NCBI RefSeq assembly: GCF_009914755.1 | Contig: NC_060933.1 | Direction: 5' to 3' (one strand) | DNA length: 64,000 nt | Origin: the human T2T-CHM13v2.0 reference genome, Homo sapiens | In this document: one piece after another, positions 14,741 through 28,375 of the stretch | Position numbering within the stretch: position 1 is the first letter of the stretch | Layout: every line of letters starts with the position of its first letter | Position numbers and translations under genes: made by a program | Notes under the pieces: generated by a model | The model's input: the letters and a program-made list of their open reading frames with translations, nothing else | Database searches by the model: none | What the model was told of the DNA's origin: nothing

Positions 14741-17700
14741 AGGCTGGCAGAGAAGGTAGAGAAAATATCTCACTCAGAAAGCAAAGCAAAAAAACAAAAA
14801 TATTAAAAATAGGGAAAAGAAAGAAGATTAGAGGCTCAAATCATTTCAACTCTCAGTAATAGCTCCAAAGACAAAGAACAGAGAAAACACGGGGCAGGGG
14901 GTACATTAAAAAAATCAGAAAAAAAACCATGGAAAAACATCTCGCAGGATGAAAGGATCTGGCTCTTCCGACTAAAATGGTTCACCAAGTGCCTAGCATA
15001 AAGAAGGAAAAGAAAATATACATAACACTTTCCAATGCACACGATCCTGAAACACGAGAAAGCTGGAGACTTAAAGGCCGCATATGAAGATTGAGAATAA
15101 GGATGGCACTGGACATTAAACTTCTACAACTTTGCAATCTAAAGACAATATTGACGAGCATCTTCAAATTCTGAGGCAAAATTAATTTTAAACTAGAATT
15201 CTATGTCCAGCTAAACTAGACATCTGGGTTTGAGAGTAGAATAAAGACATTCGGACTTGCAAGGTCTTTAGAATGTATTCTTTCTCGGGAAGCTACTAGA
15301 GGATGTGCCGTGTTGAGAAAAGGGTGTTAAGCAAGAGAGATGCATGGGATCTGAGAAATGGACTTTTCATAGGAGAGAAACTAAGGGAAGGCAGACGATG
15401 ATGATGGTGAAGGAGCAGCAGTTCTTCAGGACATCCCGAAAGCCATGAGGGGTGTCTCCAGGAGAAGGTGGAAATGCTTGCCGACTTGACATGTTGGATA
15501 CTGTGGAAATTGGTATTTAGAGACAGCCAGGTTAGCATACTTTTGGCTGCAAGTTGCAAAAGATCCAACTCAAAACTGACCTAAAATGAAAAACTGGGGT
15601 TTATTCTCTCACATAACCAGAAGTCCACGGCTAGCGCAGCTCCAGGAGTTAACTTATTCAACAGCTCAACATCATCAAAGTTCCAGACTCTTTTCACAAA
15701 CCTTTGCTCAGCCATCCTCGGCATATTTGCTATTTCCTGTCAGGCTTCTAGCTTGCAGGCTGGGCCTAGTCCTGCACATACCAAAGCTGACGGGCAGGAA
15801 GGGGACTCTCTACAACCCAAGAGACCTAAGAAACCCTCCCAGGAATACCATCTCTCTTCCAACTTTCACTGGTCAGGCTCCTTCCTAAATCCGTCACTGA
15901 TTTAAGAAATGGGCCCTCCGGACTCGGTCATACCAGTGCTCTTCTGCATAGGACACACAAGCGAATCAGGTGTACAGCCGGGTGGGGTAATGAATGAGGT
16001 TGTCAAAATCCCAACACATTCACAACCAACTAGAGAAACACTGAATTATATCAGTTAGGATATTTAAGCCACGTGGAAAGGAGCAGACACCAGAATAACA
16101 CAGAAGCCTTGGTGGGCTAAAAAAAAAAAAGAGGAAAATGGCTGTTGAGTAATTGCTAAGGGTGCCTTCAAGAGAAGAATTTAAGCAATTCTGACGTAAA
16201 GTTTAGGAAAAATCAACAGAGATGTAGAAACTAAGCAAATGAAAATAAATGACTAATTCCAGAAAAATTAAAATAGTAGAGGAAATGTAATGGCTGCTCA
16301 CTACTTGAATCAATATTTAACAACATTTATGTAGGTATAATAAGGTAAACCCTGAACACTGATTTCATCATACATGATGCAATTCTACTGGGAAGGGAGG
16401 GAAGAGGAGTGGGGAACAGTGATGGTAAAAGTTCTTAATCTGCATTTCCTGTAATAGGAAATCAAAAGAAAATACCTGCAACTGATAGATGTATTTAGAC
16501 ATTTAGCAGAGCGAAGAATAATCAGTAGTTCTGGGGAGGGTGAGGCAGGGGTGCAGAGGAATGGGGTAGATTGCTGCTTCTGCTATAAGCTTTATAAAAG
16601 TACTCCTCAAATTATGTACACATTATCTTAGTTTCAAAGATGAAACAAAGAGCAGGGGTTCTTTCCCCCTTTCTCTGAATGGCTTCTTTATACAGAGAAC
16701 ACAAATCACAATGTATTAGCCAAACAAATGCAAGCTCTACTGTTGCCTTTTCCCCATTCACCTCCTTATCCCATCCCAGTTCCTCCAGCTCTCCACCCAC
16801 ACCCTTATATTGGGTGATGTGAGAATCCATGTCAAAAGTTACAGCCATCAGCGCTTTTGCAGTCTGGGAAGGATTCAATACACCGTGGCAGGAGGGGTCC
16901 TGGTAGTCGGTAGGCTGGAGTAGTCCTGGGACCCCATGGTCTGGAAAGGAAAGGCACAGCCAATTCCTCAGCAGGTGTAACTGCAGTGACAGACCTGAGT
17001 GAGTACCCCGTTAGACTACTTTGAGAAAGCAGCCAGATACTCATAGGCATGACTACATGAGCCTGACTGAGCTACCAATCCTTCTAAGCTTTGTTTGCTC
17101 AAACAACTGCAGTTTTAAAATTCAAACATCCTAGCTGTAGTTAAACTTCTGCACGTAACAAATTTCCACCTTCTTCCTTCTTATTCAAACTCCATAGGCT
17201 TTGACATTTTAGGGACAGTCTCAAGGGAGAAAGTCTAATCACAAGGAGCTATTTACTTGGAAGGCCCAAAATCAGAGACAAGGAGAACTTCCCAGTGACC
17301 CTGACTTTAACACCGCAATCCACAGTGATCCCCTAATTCATTTAGCACATTTCCTCCTATGAGCTTAACTTACCTGAGTGGCTTTCAAACAAAATCTAGC
17401 ATGGAACCTAATCCATAAAACAGCTAGGTAGGCAGCTGTGAACCCCCCACTGCCCCGGTACTCATTAAATTCCACTTTACTGTGCCCACGACTCCCCCTG
17501 GCTCTTCTTTTCCACATCCTGCCTTCCTTTGACAGGATGAAAGTCCTCTCAAGTCCCACCTTCTCCAGGAAGCCTTCTCAGACTATGCTCACTGAAGATG
17601 TCTTCTCCCCTGAATCAACTCATTCAACTACACTTTATATATCTGGTTGGTCCCACCATATATGATTGGTAAACCTTCCACATTAATTGCCTCACACTGA

Positions 17701-17744
17701 TATGCTTACTACTCAGTGTAACAGAGGAGACAGCTGAGATTTTT

Positions 17745-17918
17745 AAAAAAGACCATTTAAAAAAACAATTTATATAAATAGATTCGTATACAAAGAAGAA
17801 ACACATATACAGAGTACCCCAATTACCAGTATGGTGGACCCTACCCCTTCTTTTCTGCATTGGGAAACAGAACAGAGAACAGAAAAAATCATTCCATCTT
17901 GCTCTTAACTCTTTCCAC
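17745..17918 (-). other. PUM3: PUM3 3' UTR (short); 3' end approximate
   Basis: Follows the TAG. Contains UGUA elements and a variant TATAAA hexamer (17769-17774) followed by a U-rich tract. Confidence 0.6.
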
Positions 17919-18051
17919 CTATGTGCTCAGTTTTTCAAGTAGAATTTCTATTCCTTTGCTGGTGCTTTTGGTTTTTTCCAATGTAGGAATCAAGCTTTTC
18001 AGTGCAGCTTTGACTTTGTTTGCAACTTCCAGGTCACAACTCTGGAGGAGG
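17919..18051 (-). CDS. PUM3: PUM3 exon 18, coding part (LLQSCDLEVANKVKAALKSLIPTLEKTKSTSKGIEILLEKLST*)
   Basis: AG acceptor at 18052-18053; 133 nt; TAG at 17919-17921. Confidence 0.96.
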
Positions 18052-20514
18052 CTGAAGAGAGGAAAAAAATTAAATTTCATAAGCATTCCTAGATCATCTC
18101 CAATACTACCTGTACCAACAGTAAAAAAGACTTTGTTAACTGTGACACAAGCCTTGTAACTATATACACATTATTTTTCATTCAAAGGATGAATGATGAG
18201 ACCAGTAGCCCATATTATAACACCACGGAAAAAAACGTTTTAGAATCTTGCTGGTGGAGTCACCCAAGCAAAGACATTTGTAGGACCAACATCATTCCAT
18301 ACAGAGTTGGTTCTACCTTCACATTATCTTAGGACTTACTTACATCCTGTCTTAAAATGATTCTACATGTATTCTATCTTCCCTTCCCCATCTCAGGACT
18401 ATAAGCTCAAGAGCAGGGACCGTATTTTATTTATTTCATGATGCTACATTTACAGAGCAGACAGCCAAAATATGCCCACCACGTGGCTGAATGAAAAGGT
18501 GTGAACAGAGGCACAGAGAGGTCAGAGTTAGCAGGTCTTCTCACTGAACTCCACAGCACTAACATTGAGTGAAAGGGCGAAGGGCTTCACTGTGGAGCTT
18601 CACTGCTTGGGTGGGAAACCTGCCTCTACCACTCAGTAACTGTACAACCAAGAGCATGCTATGTAAACTCTCTTAAGACTCAGTTTCCCGAATTGTAGAA
18701 TGGGATTCACAACAGAGTCCACCTTCCACCTCACAGAGTGGTTTTCTGAGGCTCAAATGGCCTTGTATCTAAAGCACCCAGCCAGAGCCTGACACTTAGT
18801 AAGCACTTAATAAATGTTAGCCATTCTACAAAATAAGCCCGGCCTCTGCGTTCTGAAACCCTGCCCGAGTACTCTATCAGAAGTGAAAGGAGCCATAGAG
18901 GCTGGTAACAGCAGGCCCATTTCTCTGTGGATAGGACCTACAGCTCTGACCGCAGAGTACCAGTCCTGAATTTCCTGTTCTCTTCTTTTTCGGGACCCTT
19001 TGTAAATACGGACCTCTGAAACACATTTTAGAAATGAGGTACTTGGTATTTTCCAAAGTCCCTGGTCCCAGTAACTTCCAATATGTCAACAAAGAGGAGG
19101 ATAAATTATCAGCACCAAGCAATATTCTACTGCTTATGGGAGATAAGAAACAATTCAGCTTGCCACCTACGATGCTAAAAAGTAAAGTTCCCTCGTAATG
19201 AATTTGTGACTCACTAGGTGTTTTTATTTCATACATCTTGGCTAAACACACAGTTATACAACACATAATAGTAAGTTATTGCTTACTGAGCATATGCCAC
19301 ATATTAGACATAATGCTAGGCATTTTATATGCATCATCCAATCTAGTTTTCATAACGACCATAGGGTTATCATTAATCTCATTTTTTTTACCACCAAGAA
19401 AATTAAGGCCCAGAAAGGCTGAATAATTTTCCCAAGGCTATGCACTAAGCTAGAACCCAGGCAGTCTGTCAAGTGCCAATGCTCCCAAATGTTAGAGAAT
19501 TCTGCTTCTCTGAGTTACTTTTCAGCCAACATACAAGGCTGATTTTCTTTTCACCCAAAATTTACAAAAACAATTTTTTTGTATTATTGTTATATATAGC
19601 TCAACTTCCATTTAGAACTTCAAATATTTCCTCTGCTCCTGTTCCAATTCTGAGTAGTGCTCCATAATAAACCTATAGTATCCTTCCTATGTTTGAAATC
19701 CACCTAATGGGAGTTCTGATTGATGAACAACCTTTATAAATTAATTTCATGGCATTGCTGAAATTTCCAGTTAATTGAGTGTAATGAAAGAATGTGTCAG
19801 TAGGTGTTAACACTCCAAATGCCTGGTAAAAAAATTTGTAATGAAAAAGTTCATGTATCAGCTAACGAATTCTGACTGTTTAACATCAACTGGAAAATTA
19901 ACTAATTTTAAGCAGAAATGAACAAAATGATCTGTAACACTTATATATTTGGAGACACTGACATACCTGAAGCTATGAATGCTCCTGTGTGAGTATTATG
20001 TGTACCAGATCACGTATATGTTGAAGAAACACTTAAAATAACATTTACAAACAACATAGATTAAGTTGCATAGCATGTTGCAAGTAAAGTATCTTGAGAA
20101 ATTCAAACTAGGGTTGGTATCTGTTTTCCCAAACCTTAATAACACAGCAGGGGAAAAATCAACAGTAATTGCTTCAAAGCAACATACAAATCTTTTTTTA
20201 AATGAATGCTCTTAACAGAAGGTTTTCATCTGCACAGAGAATGTATGGAAAATTTCAATGATTTGTGGATTGATTATAAACTCAACTAAGTTCAGAGAAT
20301 AATACAAAAGAGGCCATAGCTCATCACTGTTTTTTTCTCATTTTAAGTCAGATATCAACAAATAGCACACACACTTCAGTAGCAAATGCTCTTCCAATCC
20401 TTTTACAATCTTTTAAAACAATGAAGGAAATTACATGTAGAATTAGGCATGATTTAAAAGTCAACATTGTCACAGTTTTCACAGGGATGTAAGTTATTCA
20501 TTAAAAAAAATACA

Positions 20515-20807
20515 GGCTGGGCACAGTGGCTCATGCCTGTAATCCCAGCACTTTGGGAGCCCGAGGTGGGCAGATCACGAGGTCAGGAGATCGAGACCAT
20601 CCTGGCTAACACGGTGAAACCAGGTCTCTACTAAAAATAAAAAAAATTAGCTGGGCGTGGTGGCGGGCACCTGCCGTTCCAGCTACTCAGGAGGCTGAGG
20701 CAGGAGAATGGCATGAACCCAGGAGGCAGAGCTTGCAGTGAGCTGAGATCGCACCACTGCACTCCAGCCTGGGCGACAGTGTGAGACTCCATCTCAAAAA
20801 AAAAAAA
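20515..20807 (+). mobile_element. AluY/Sc-like (PUM3 intron 17)
   Basis: Full dimeric Alu with an A-tail. Confidence 0.93.
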
Positions 20808-20902
20808 TTATGTTTTGGTCAAAACCATAAATGTGGTGAAGCCACCTGATACCTTGTGAATGTTATAATTTGTCAAAAAGATGGTAGTTTAAAAATCCTA
20901 AG

Positions 20903-21238
<336 letters not shown>

Positions 21239-21402
21239 TTACATTTGCTTTCTAATATTTGGTATGTTTGTCTAGACCATGAGTGACTGGGAGTAATATT
21301 AGACTACTGAGAACAAATATTAGAACTGAGAAATCAACGTGAAGGAAGTGTGTCTTTTGCATGACCAGGCCCTGCTCAGAGAAGGGCACATGTTATACAT
21401 AC

Positions 21403-21493
21403 CTAGAAAGAATAATGGCACCTCGATTTACACTAGCCCAGGACTTCAGGTTCTTCATACCAACATGCTCTACAAGTGTTTTTGCAAAACAAC
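21403..21493 (-). CDS. PUM3: PUM3 exon 17 (CFAKTLVEHVGMKNLKSWASVNRGAIILS)
   Basis: AG/GT boundaries; 91 nt; phase consistent with neighbours. Confidence 0.96.
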
Positions 21494-23932
21494 CTGTAAA
21501 ATATACTGAAGCTTAGTGAACATCACATAATAAGATATATACTCCCTACCCCCTTCTCTACTGCCCTTAAATCTGCAAATATTTTTAAACAAAAAAGCTA
21601 ACAAAAGTAGCTTTCACCCAATCTCCCTTTTAACACAAAAAATTCCAGTGCAGGTTTATCTAATGCATTTCTAAAAGAGCCATTTCTTTTAACTCTGATC
21701 CAAAACCTAAGCTATGTTTAGCAGTAATTACTCAAGATAAACTATGAATTCTAATAAAACACTCACTTGGTTATGTCTGCACTTCTTTGTATTATTTAAT
21801 GATTTAACTTTGACCTGAAAGCTATTCAGGAAATAAATGTTTCACAGTAGCACCTCATGCTTGGTTGAAATCAAGTTCTTCCTCATGGAGAAATGCTCAC
21901 TCACAAGGTGCCATGAACATAACACAGTGTTCACGTGTTCAACAGTGGTTGATAAATGACTGTTCTAGCTTAAACTTGGCATTTCTCTTTACAACGCTTA
22001 CATACTCACAAATCAAAAATACCATTTTTCTCCCGTTATTCTAGTATTTGATTCCCAAGGTCGTGGTATTATCTTTTTCACTTTGCAATTAATGCTTGGA
22101 CAAAGGAGAAATTCTGATAGCTAAGATTTAGTGCAGATGGAGGTAGGGACAACCTATCTTGAAGGCAAACATCATAGTCAGGTAGCATGTACTATATAAT
22201 TCATTCAAAGATACCTGAATGTAAGGACTCTTTAAAAGCCAAGAGGCCTATGGCTATTCAGCCTTTCATGGTACCTGCTAAAGAGGGACAGAGTTCAGCT
22301 AGTGAGGCAAATTGTTTTCCAAAGCTGACCACAATAATATCTCCTGTCCTGTGTGCTCTTCTAGAATGCAGCCACTCCCCCATCTATAGGGGGAATCCAT
22401 GTCTTCTTTTGAATCACAGTGGGCCTCTGTGATTGACTTGACCAAGACAGTATGATGAAAGTGGCATTAAATGACTGCTAAGGATAAATCATGGAAGTGC
22501 CACGCATTTACTTTGTCCTCTTGGGATGCTCACTCTTAAAAAAGCAACCACCATCTCGTGAAGGAGCCCAAGCAGCCTAGAAAGGGAAACTGAGGCTGTT
22601 GGTCCCCAGCCAACAGTCAGTACTCACTTGCCAGCCATGTGAGTGAGCTAAGCGAAAAGTGGACACTCCAACCACAAACCGAGCAGCCCTAGATGACTCT
22701 GACTCTGAGCATAGAGGGGCAGGCTCCACCAGACCCTGATCAAGTCATTGTTTTGAAAACTACTAAGTTTTAAGGTGGCTACTATCCAGTAAAAGAGAAT
22801 CAAAACAGCTAGACGTGCAGGAGGACAAACTCATTTGGTGCTGAATACCACAAGACAAACACATCAGACCCAAACTGGCAGATTTTAGGGTTCTCAGCAC
22901 ATTTTAATTAAGAGGGAGAAAAACCACTGGACATTAAGCCAGACTACTTTTCTGGCATAAACTCAACTATACATCAACTTTTTAATAATGAAAAAGATTA
23001 TTCCATATGTTATTTTTTTCTTTAATATTTATCACAAGGCTTCTCTTTTACAAAAAAATTTAGTGAAAAATAGCCCCAGGTCCCCATTCTTAAAGGTAAG
23101 GTGAGAAGTGACAGCTCTACTGCTATACTGATTGCCCCACTAGCCATCAGAGCTGCCACTTGCCGCAAGACATGAATTCATGATCTGTCACTTTTTTCCA
23201 GACATTGTAATGAAAAGCCCAAACTGTTTTAACTCAGTAGGGGAAAAAAATCTCTCCAGTGGTTTAAATACCAGATGGAATTTGGATTTTGTAAGTGAAG
23301 GTCTGGTTGGAGATAGGACTGAGAGGGGAATGGCATGCAAATGCTAATGCTGTCCTTCTCTAGAGAGCTGAGTTTCTACAGAGCAGCTGTAAGGCTTACA
23401 AAAAACCAGAAAGCGCCAAAGACTGGCTTACTCTTTGGTCACATGTATTTCAATGCCAAATAAACAGGCACTAGTCCAAAACTCTCTTACGAGGATAATC
23501 TTCTTCTGCTTATTCTTTCTTCAAACATAGAGATAAATGTCATGCCTTTCTACTGAGGTAATGATACTCAACAATTGGGGCCCCCTACCCCCTCTCACCA
23601 TCCTCATTAGAATGGCATTTTAAGGCATTGACCAAGCCAGGTTAGAAGCCTGCAGCAGCACAGGAAGGAAAACAGAGAGAGTGAGGGGGCGGTGGGGGGG
23701 GCTGGCGGGGGGGGTTTGGAAAAAAGAAAATTAAAAGAGTTCTCAGGCACAAATATTTCTAGGGGAAAAAGCATTACCAGCAACCACTGAATCATTTCTT
23801 ATTCACAGACACCATTTCTAGACACTTGGCAAACTTCATTTGAGCTTAAATGGCTGGTATAAAGTTCAGGGATGCCAGGAATTACTGGAATTCCACATGA
23901 GATACAAGAAAAGGTCAAATTTCATAGCCTAC

Positions 23933-24020
23933 CTTCTCTCCCATTTTCTTTCATCTTTTTATCTTGCTCTATTAACCACTTCAGAACTAGATGTCCTGCA
24001 GGATGTTCTGCAATGTGAAG
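23933..24020 (-). CDS. PUM3: PUM3 exon 16 (LHIAEHPAGHLVLKWLIEQDKKMKENGRE)
   Basis: AG/GT boundaries; 88 nt. Confidence 0.96.
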
Positions 24021-24949
24021 CTATGAAGGGTCAAGAACAGTTAATTTTAAAAGTTGTTTTCATTCATACAAATACATTTGAATGAATACATACTATTTAT
24101 GCCACCACATACAGATAAGGACTCAGCCACTTTTAAAGTTCCACAGGCTTAAGAGGTCTTTATCTAGGACAACCATCATACTTGGGGGGACCACAGATCT
24201 ATTCTGATCCCCAGACTGAAAGACAGTTATGCCAGATAACACAGCCACGGCACAGCGCTTCAGTCTCCGCTTCATTTAATCTGCTCTGAACAGTAGCAGC
24301 ACAAGGCTCATCTTAATGCTAATCACGTCTTGGATTGAAATATGTCATTCTCAGACACAAATAAACCTACAGGACAGAACACTATAGCACAAACATCAAA
24401 ACCCAATGCTGCATGCTGTTTAAGTACACATGACCACCGAAGGGGATTATCTGATGAGCGAATCAAGAAAGCATCTTTTCAGCTCAACCTTACTCCTCTT
24501 CAAGAGCAATACCAAGCGTTCCCAGTTATTTGGGCTACTCCTTAGCAAGTATGGGAGGCAACCGGCTCAGTCTCCTTATAGAGAAACTTTCAAGGTACAT
24601 TCATCTTTCCCATTTGTTAATATGGTCAGGAGCCAGGGCTTCTCTAAGATCCATGGCCCACTTCTCTTCCCCAATCGCAGGTGTCAGAAGCACCTTGGGC
24701 ACTCAATACTTGGCAATGATTTCATTCATAAGCAAATTCACATCTGTAAAACATTCCCAAGTACCAGGCTTTGACCCAGATGGTTAGAGAAAATTAAAGA
24801 TGAATGTAATTGCTGCTGTGAGAGGTTCTTGGTTGTTTATTCAACAGGTATCTCCCTCCCCAGCTTTCTTACTGACACCCCACATCGTCCAAAAACGAAG
24901 TTTTTGTGGCCTTTGCAGCTTTCCTGCCTGTGCTTTAATGGCACATTAC

Positions 24950-25172
24950 CTCTCCGTCCTTGCCACCAGGATGCAGTCCTGTTGCTGCCAAGCTGGCGAT
25001 GGCATTCATGGTAGGCTGAACGTCTCCAGTGGCAGATCCCAGAATGTCAGACACCAACACACACGCAGACTTATCTAGCACCACTTCTTGGGCATGTTCT
25101 TGCAGGTAGCTTAACAAAGCTGGAGAAATGGATTCTAGGAGCTCCCGTCTGCGGACCTCTGTATCTTTCTTA
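24950..25172 (-). CDS. PUM3: PUM3 exon 15 (KKDTEVRRRELLESISPALL...LHPGGKDGE)
   Basis: Lies within ORF 24935..25240; AG/GT boundaries; 223 nt. Confidence 0.97.
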
Positions 25173-25808
25173 CTGTTGAGTATGTTGAACGGGGTATTAA
25201 GGTAAGATAAATCGCAAAGGAAATGTGGTGATATTATCACAAAAACCTCTAAGAGCTTATCACAGACTGTATCGCACTCTATTATTATTGTCTATCTTTC
25301 TGTTAAGCATGTAGACAATAAGTGATACGAGTATGTGTTCTGTTTTTAAAAATGTTTGTGTCCCACGATCTGAATAGTGCCTGGCACAGAAGAAGGGCTC
25401 AATAAAGGGAGTCTGACTTGTGTAATACCAAAAAAAAAAAAAAAAAAATCCAAAAACCAAATAACATACCCAGAAAACAACACATTTACACTGCTGTATG
25501 GACACCATACTCTAGGGTACTCAAATATGTGGTATCGGTAGCTTTGAAAATAAAGCAAAATAAAAGCCAAACCACGCACTTGAATGCCTACTATGTGCCA
25601 GGTGCTCAGGTGTTCTTTTGGCACGACACTTTTATTTCCTTGTCAAGATAAAAACTTTAGAATCTGTCAAAAATATAGGCTTGAAAATGGAATTCACCTT
25701 TTCAGCAGTTTTAGAGAGGGTATGGATGGGTAAGTGGACTTCTGGAAGAATGCACTACTCAACATTAACAGAGGAATAAAGAAGTCAAGCCATTCTACTT
25801 GGTTTTAC

Positions 25809-25951
25809 CTGTGTGCATTTCCATCTCCTTTTTGCAGAACTTCAATGATTTCTCGTACTGTATGTGCAGGATCTCTGGGGCTTAGTAAGTACAATAGGAC
25901 CTTCCTTCCATATTTGTCATTTACTATGCTAGGCAATGAACTGATAATTTC
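25809..25951 (-). CDS. PUM3: PUM3 exon 14 (EIISSLPSIVNDKYGRKVLLYLLSPRDPAHTVREIIEVLQKGDGNAH)
   Basis: AG/GT boundaries; 143 nt. Confidence 0.96.
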
Positions 25952-26080
25952 CTATAAAATTATAAACAAAAAAAAAGAATCAATATCTGCATTCTCAAAA
26001 CAAAGTACCACAGGACCTTTCTTCCATATTTGCCATTTACTATGCTAAGCAAGGAACTGATAATTTCCTATAAAATTATA

Positions 26081-26105
26081 GTATATGTGCTGCCAAAGTG
26101 AGCAC
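26081..26105 (-). pseudogene. 3'-truncated U6 snRNA retrocopy (first 25 nt)
   Basis: Reverse complement GTGCTCACTTTGGCAGCACATATAC vs U6 5' end GTGCTCGCTTCGGCAGCACATATAC: 2 mismatches, both CpG transitions. Flanked by the direct repeat tcctataaaattata. Confidence 0.85.
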
Positions 26106-27646
26106 AATGTCCTATAAAATTATAAACAACAACAAAAAAATGAATTGATATCTACATTCTTAAAATAAAGTATGCCTAGAATTTCAATGGTGAAGAATAC
26201 ATACTTAACTACTACTTTTCCCAGCGTACTTCATGGAAAATGTGGAGCTAGTTCTGAAATTGTGTCATTAAAGCACACAGAGATTTACATTTAGAACACA
26301 GAATCAATTCTCTTTTGTGACTAGCATTACTGAACAACTCATTTGTATTAACTGACCAAGCCCAAGGACTTAAAAAATATTTAAAGGTGTTATCTTCATT
26401 CATTATGGCCAGTATTTCTTGGGCCACTATTACTAGGGACATCACTTGCTGAGGTCACTGAGTAGAGGCAGTTAACTTGCAGCTGCATTTAAATGTAGCA
26501 CCGGCATGAATGAAGAACACTTCTATTAGAATTTCCCTGCTGAGATGTATGTGAAAGGAGATAAAGAAACTCTGTTAAATCGAACAAGTGGATAAAGGCT
26601 TTTAAAGTTAGGTTGCTTATTCATGGCAAATGAAGGCTGTTTAGCTACCGCAATGAAAAACAAAAACAGAAGAGGAGGGGAAACCAAATCCAGAAAGCCT
26701 CGACTAAGCAGTTACAAATTACACTATATGACATTTCCAATCAACATACCCAAGAACAGTAACCTCCTTTTCTAGTTGTTCGAATTTAAGGGACAAAAGC
26801 AACGTCATCCCCACCCTAACTAAACTCCTGTGTAAATCTGCTGTTTTCAAAGATAGAAAAGTCACTTGAAAATTTTTAAAAATTCCTTTATTCTTAATAG
26901 AGAAGATGCAACAGAAGAGTCATCAATTTATTTCCCCACCTCTAACACTCCTATTTCTTGTAACAAACTTTATAAATATTCAATGCATGTTTGAGCACCC
27001 CATATTCTTCAGAACTGGCTGGGCCTCGGAAAGAGTTCTGTCCAACTGGCCAGGTTTACAGATGAGGCATCCAGAAAGAGGAAAGGATCTGCCAGGGGAC
27101 TCACAGTGGCAGTGTCCTGGTCCTCCAACTCCAAATCTAGTCTCTTTCAAAGAAAACATAAAACCTCCTCTTAAGGAAGGGAATTCTCTCTGAGATGATA
27201 TATTCAGATCTGCTCTTCTTAAAAGGGCCTATTTATTATGATGAGATTAGTAATTTTAGTGTGAGGAACCAAGCTCAAAATCAAGTCAGCCATCAACGAT
27301 GGGACCGTGAATCTCACTGCATCATGATCCTATGGCTGATGATGCTGCTCCAGGTTCCAAACACCATGTTTCTCTTTTTAAAATCTCAACCTTCCCTCAT
27401 TTTTTGCACAAAAGTATAGCATGCTTCTGATAACAGTAGCTAACACTCGTTAAGTGCTTACTAGGAGTCAAGCACTACTGAGAGCTGCACACTGATCATC
27501 TAACGTAATCTTCTGACCACTATGTCCTGTTTCTACCAGTCCAATCCCCATTATGCTCTCCTAACTACTTCTGAAGTTTAAGATCACAGTATAAAGATTC
27601 CCATGTAACACATAAAAGTTTTCAGAGAGCTGAAAATTCAATAGGT

Positions 27647-28375
<729 letters not shown>

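Noticed and set aside
24342-24787. Cluster of plus-strand ORFs in intron 15 suggesting a nested gene or pseudogene
   Set aside because: No recognisable protein family, poly(A) or TSD; consistent with chance ORFs.
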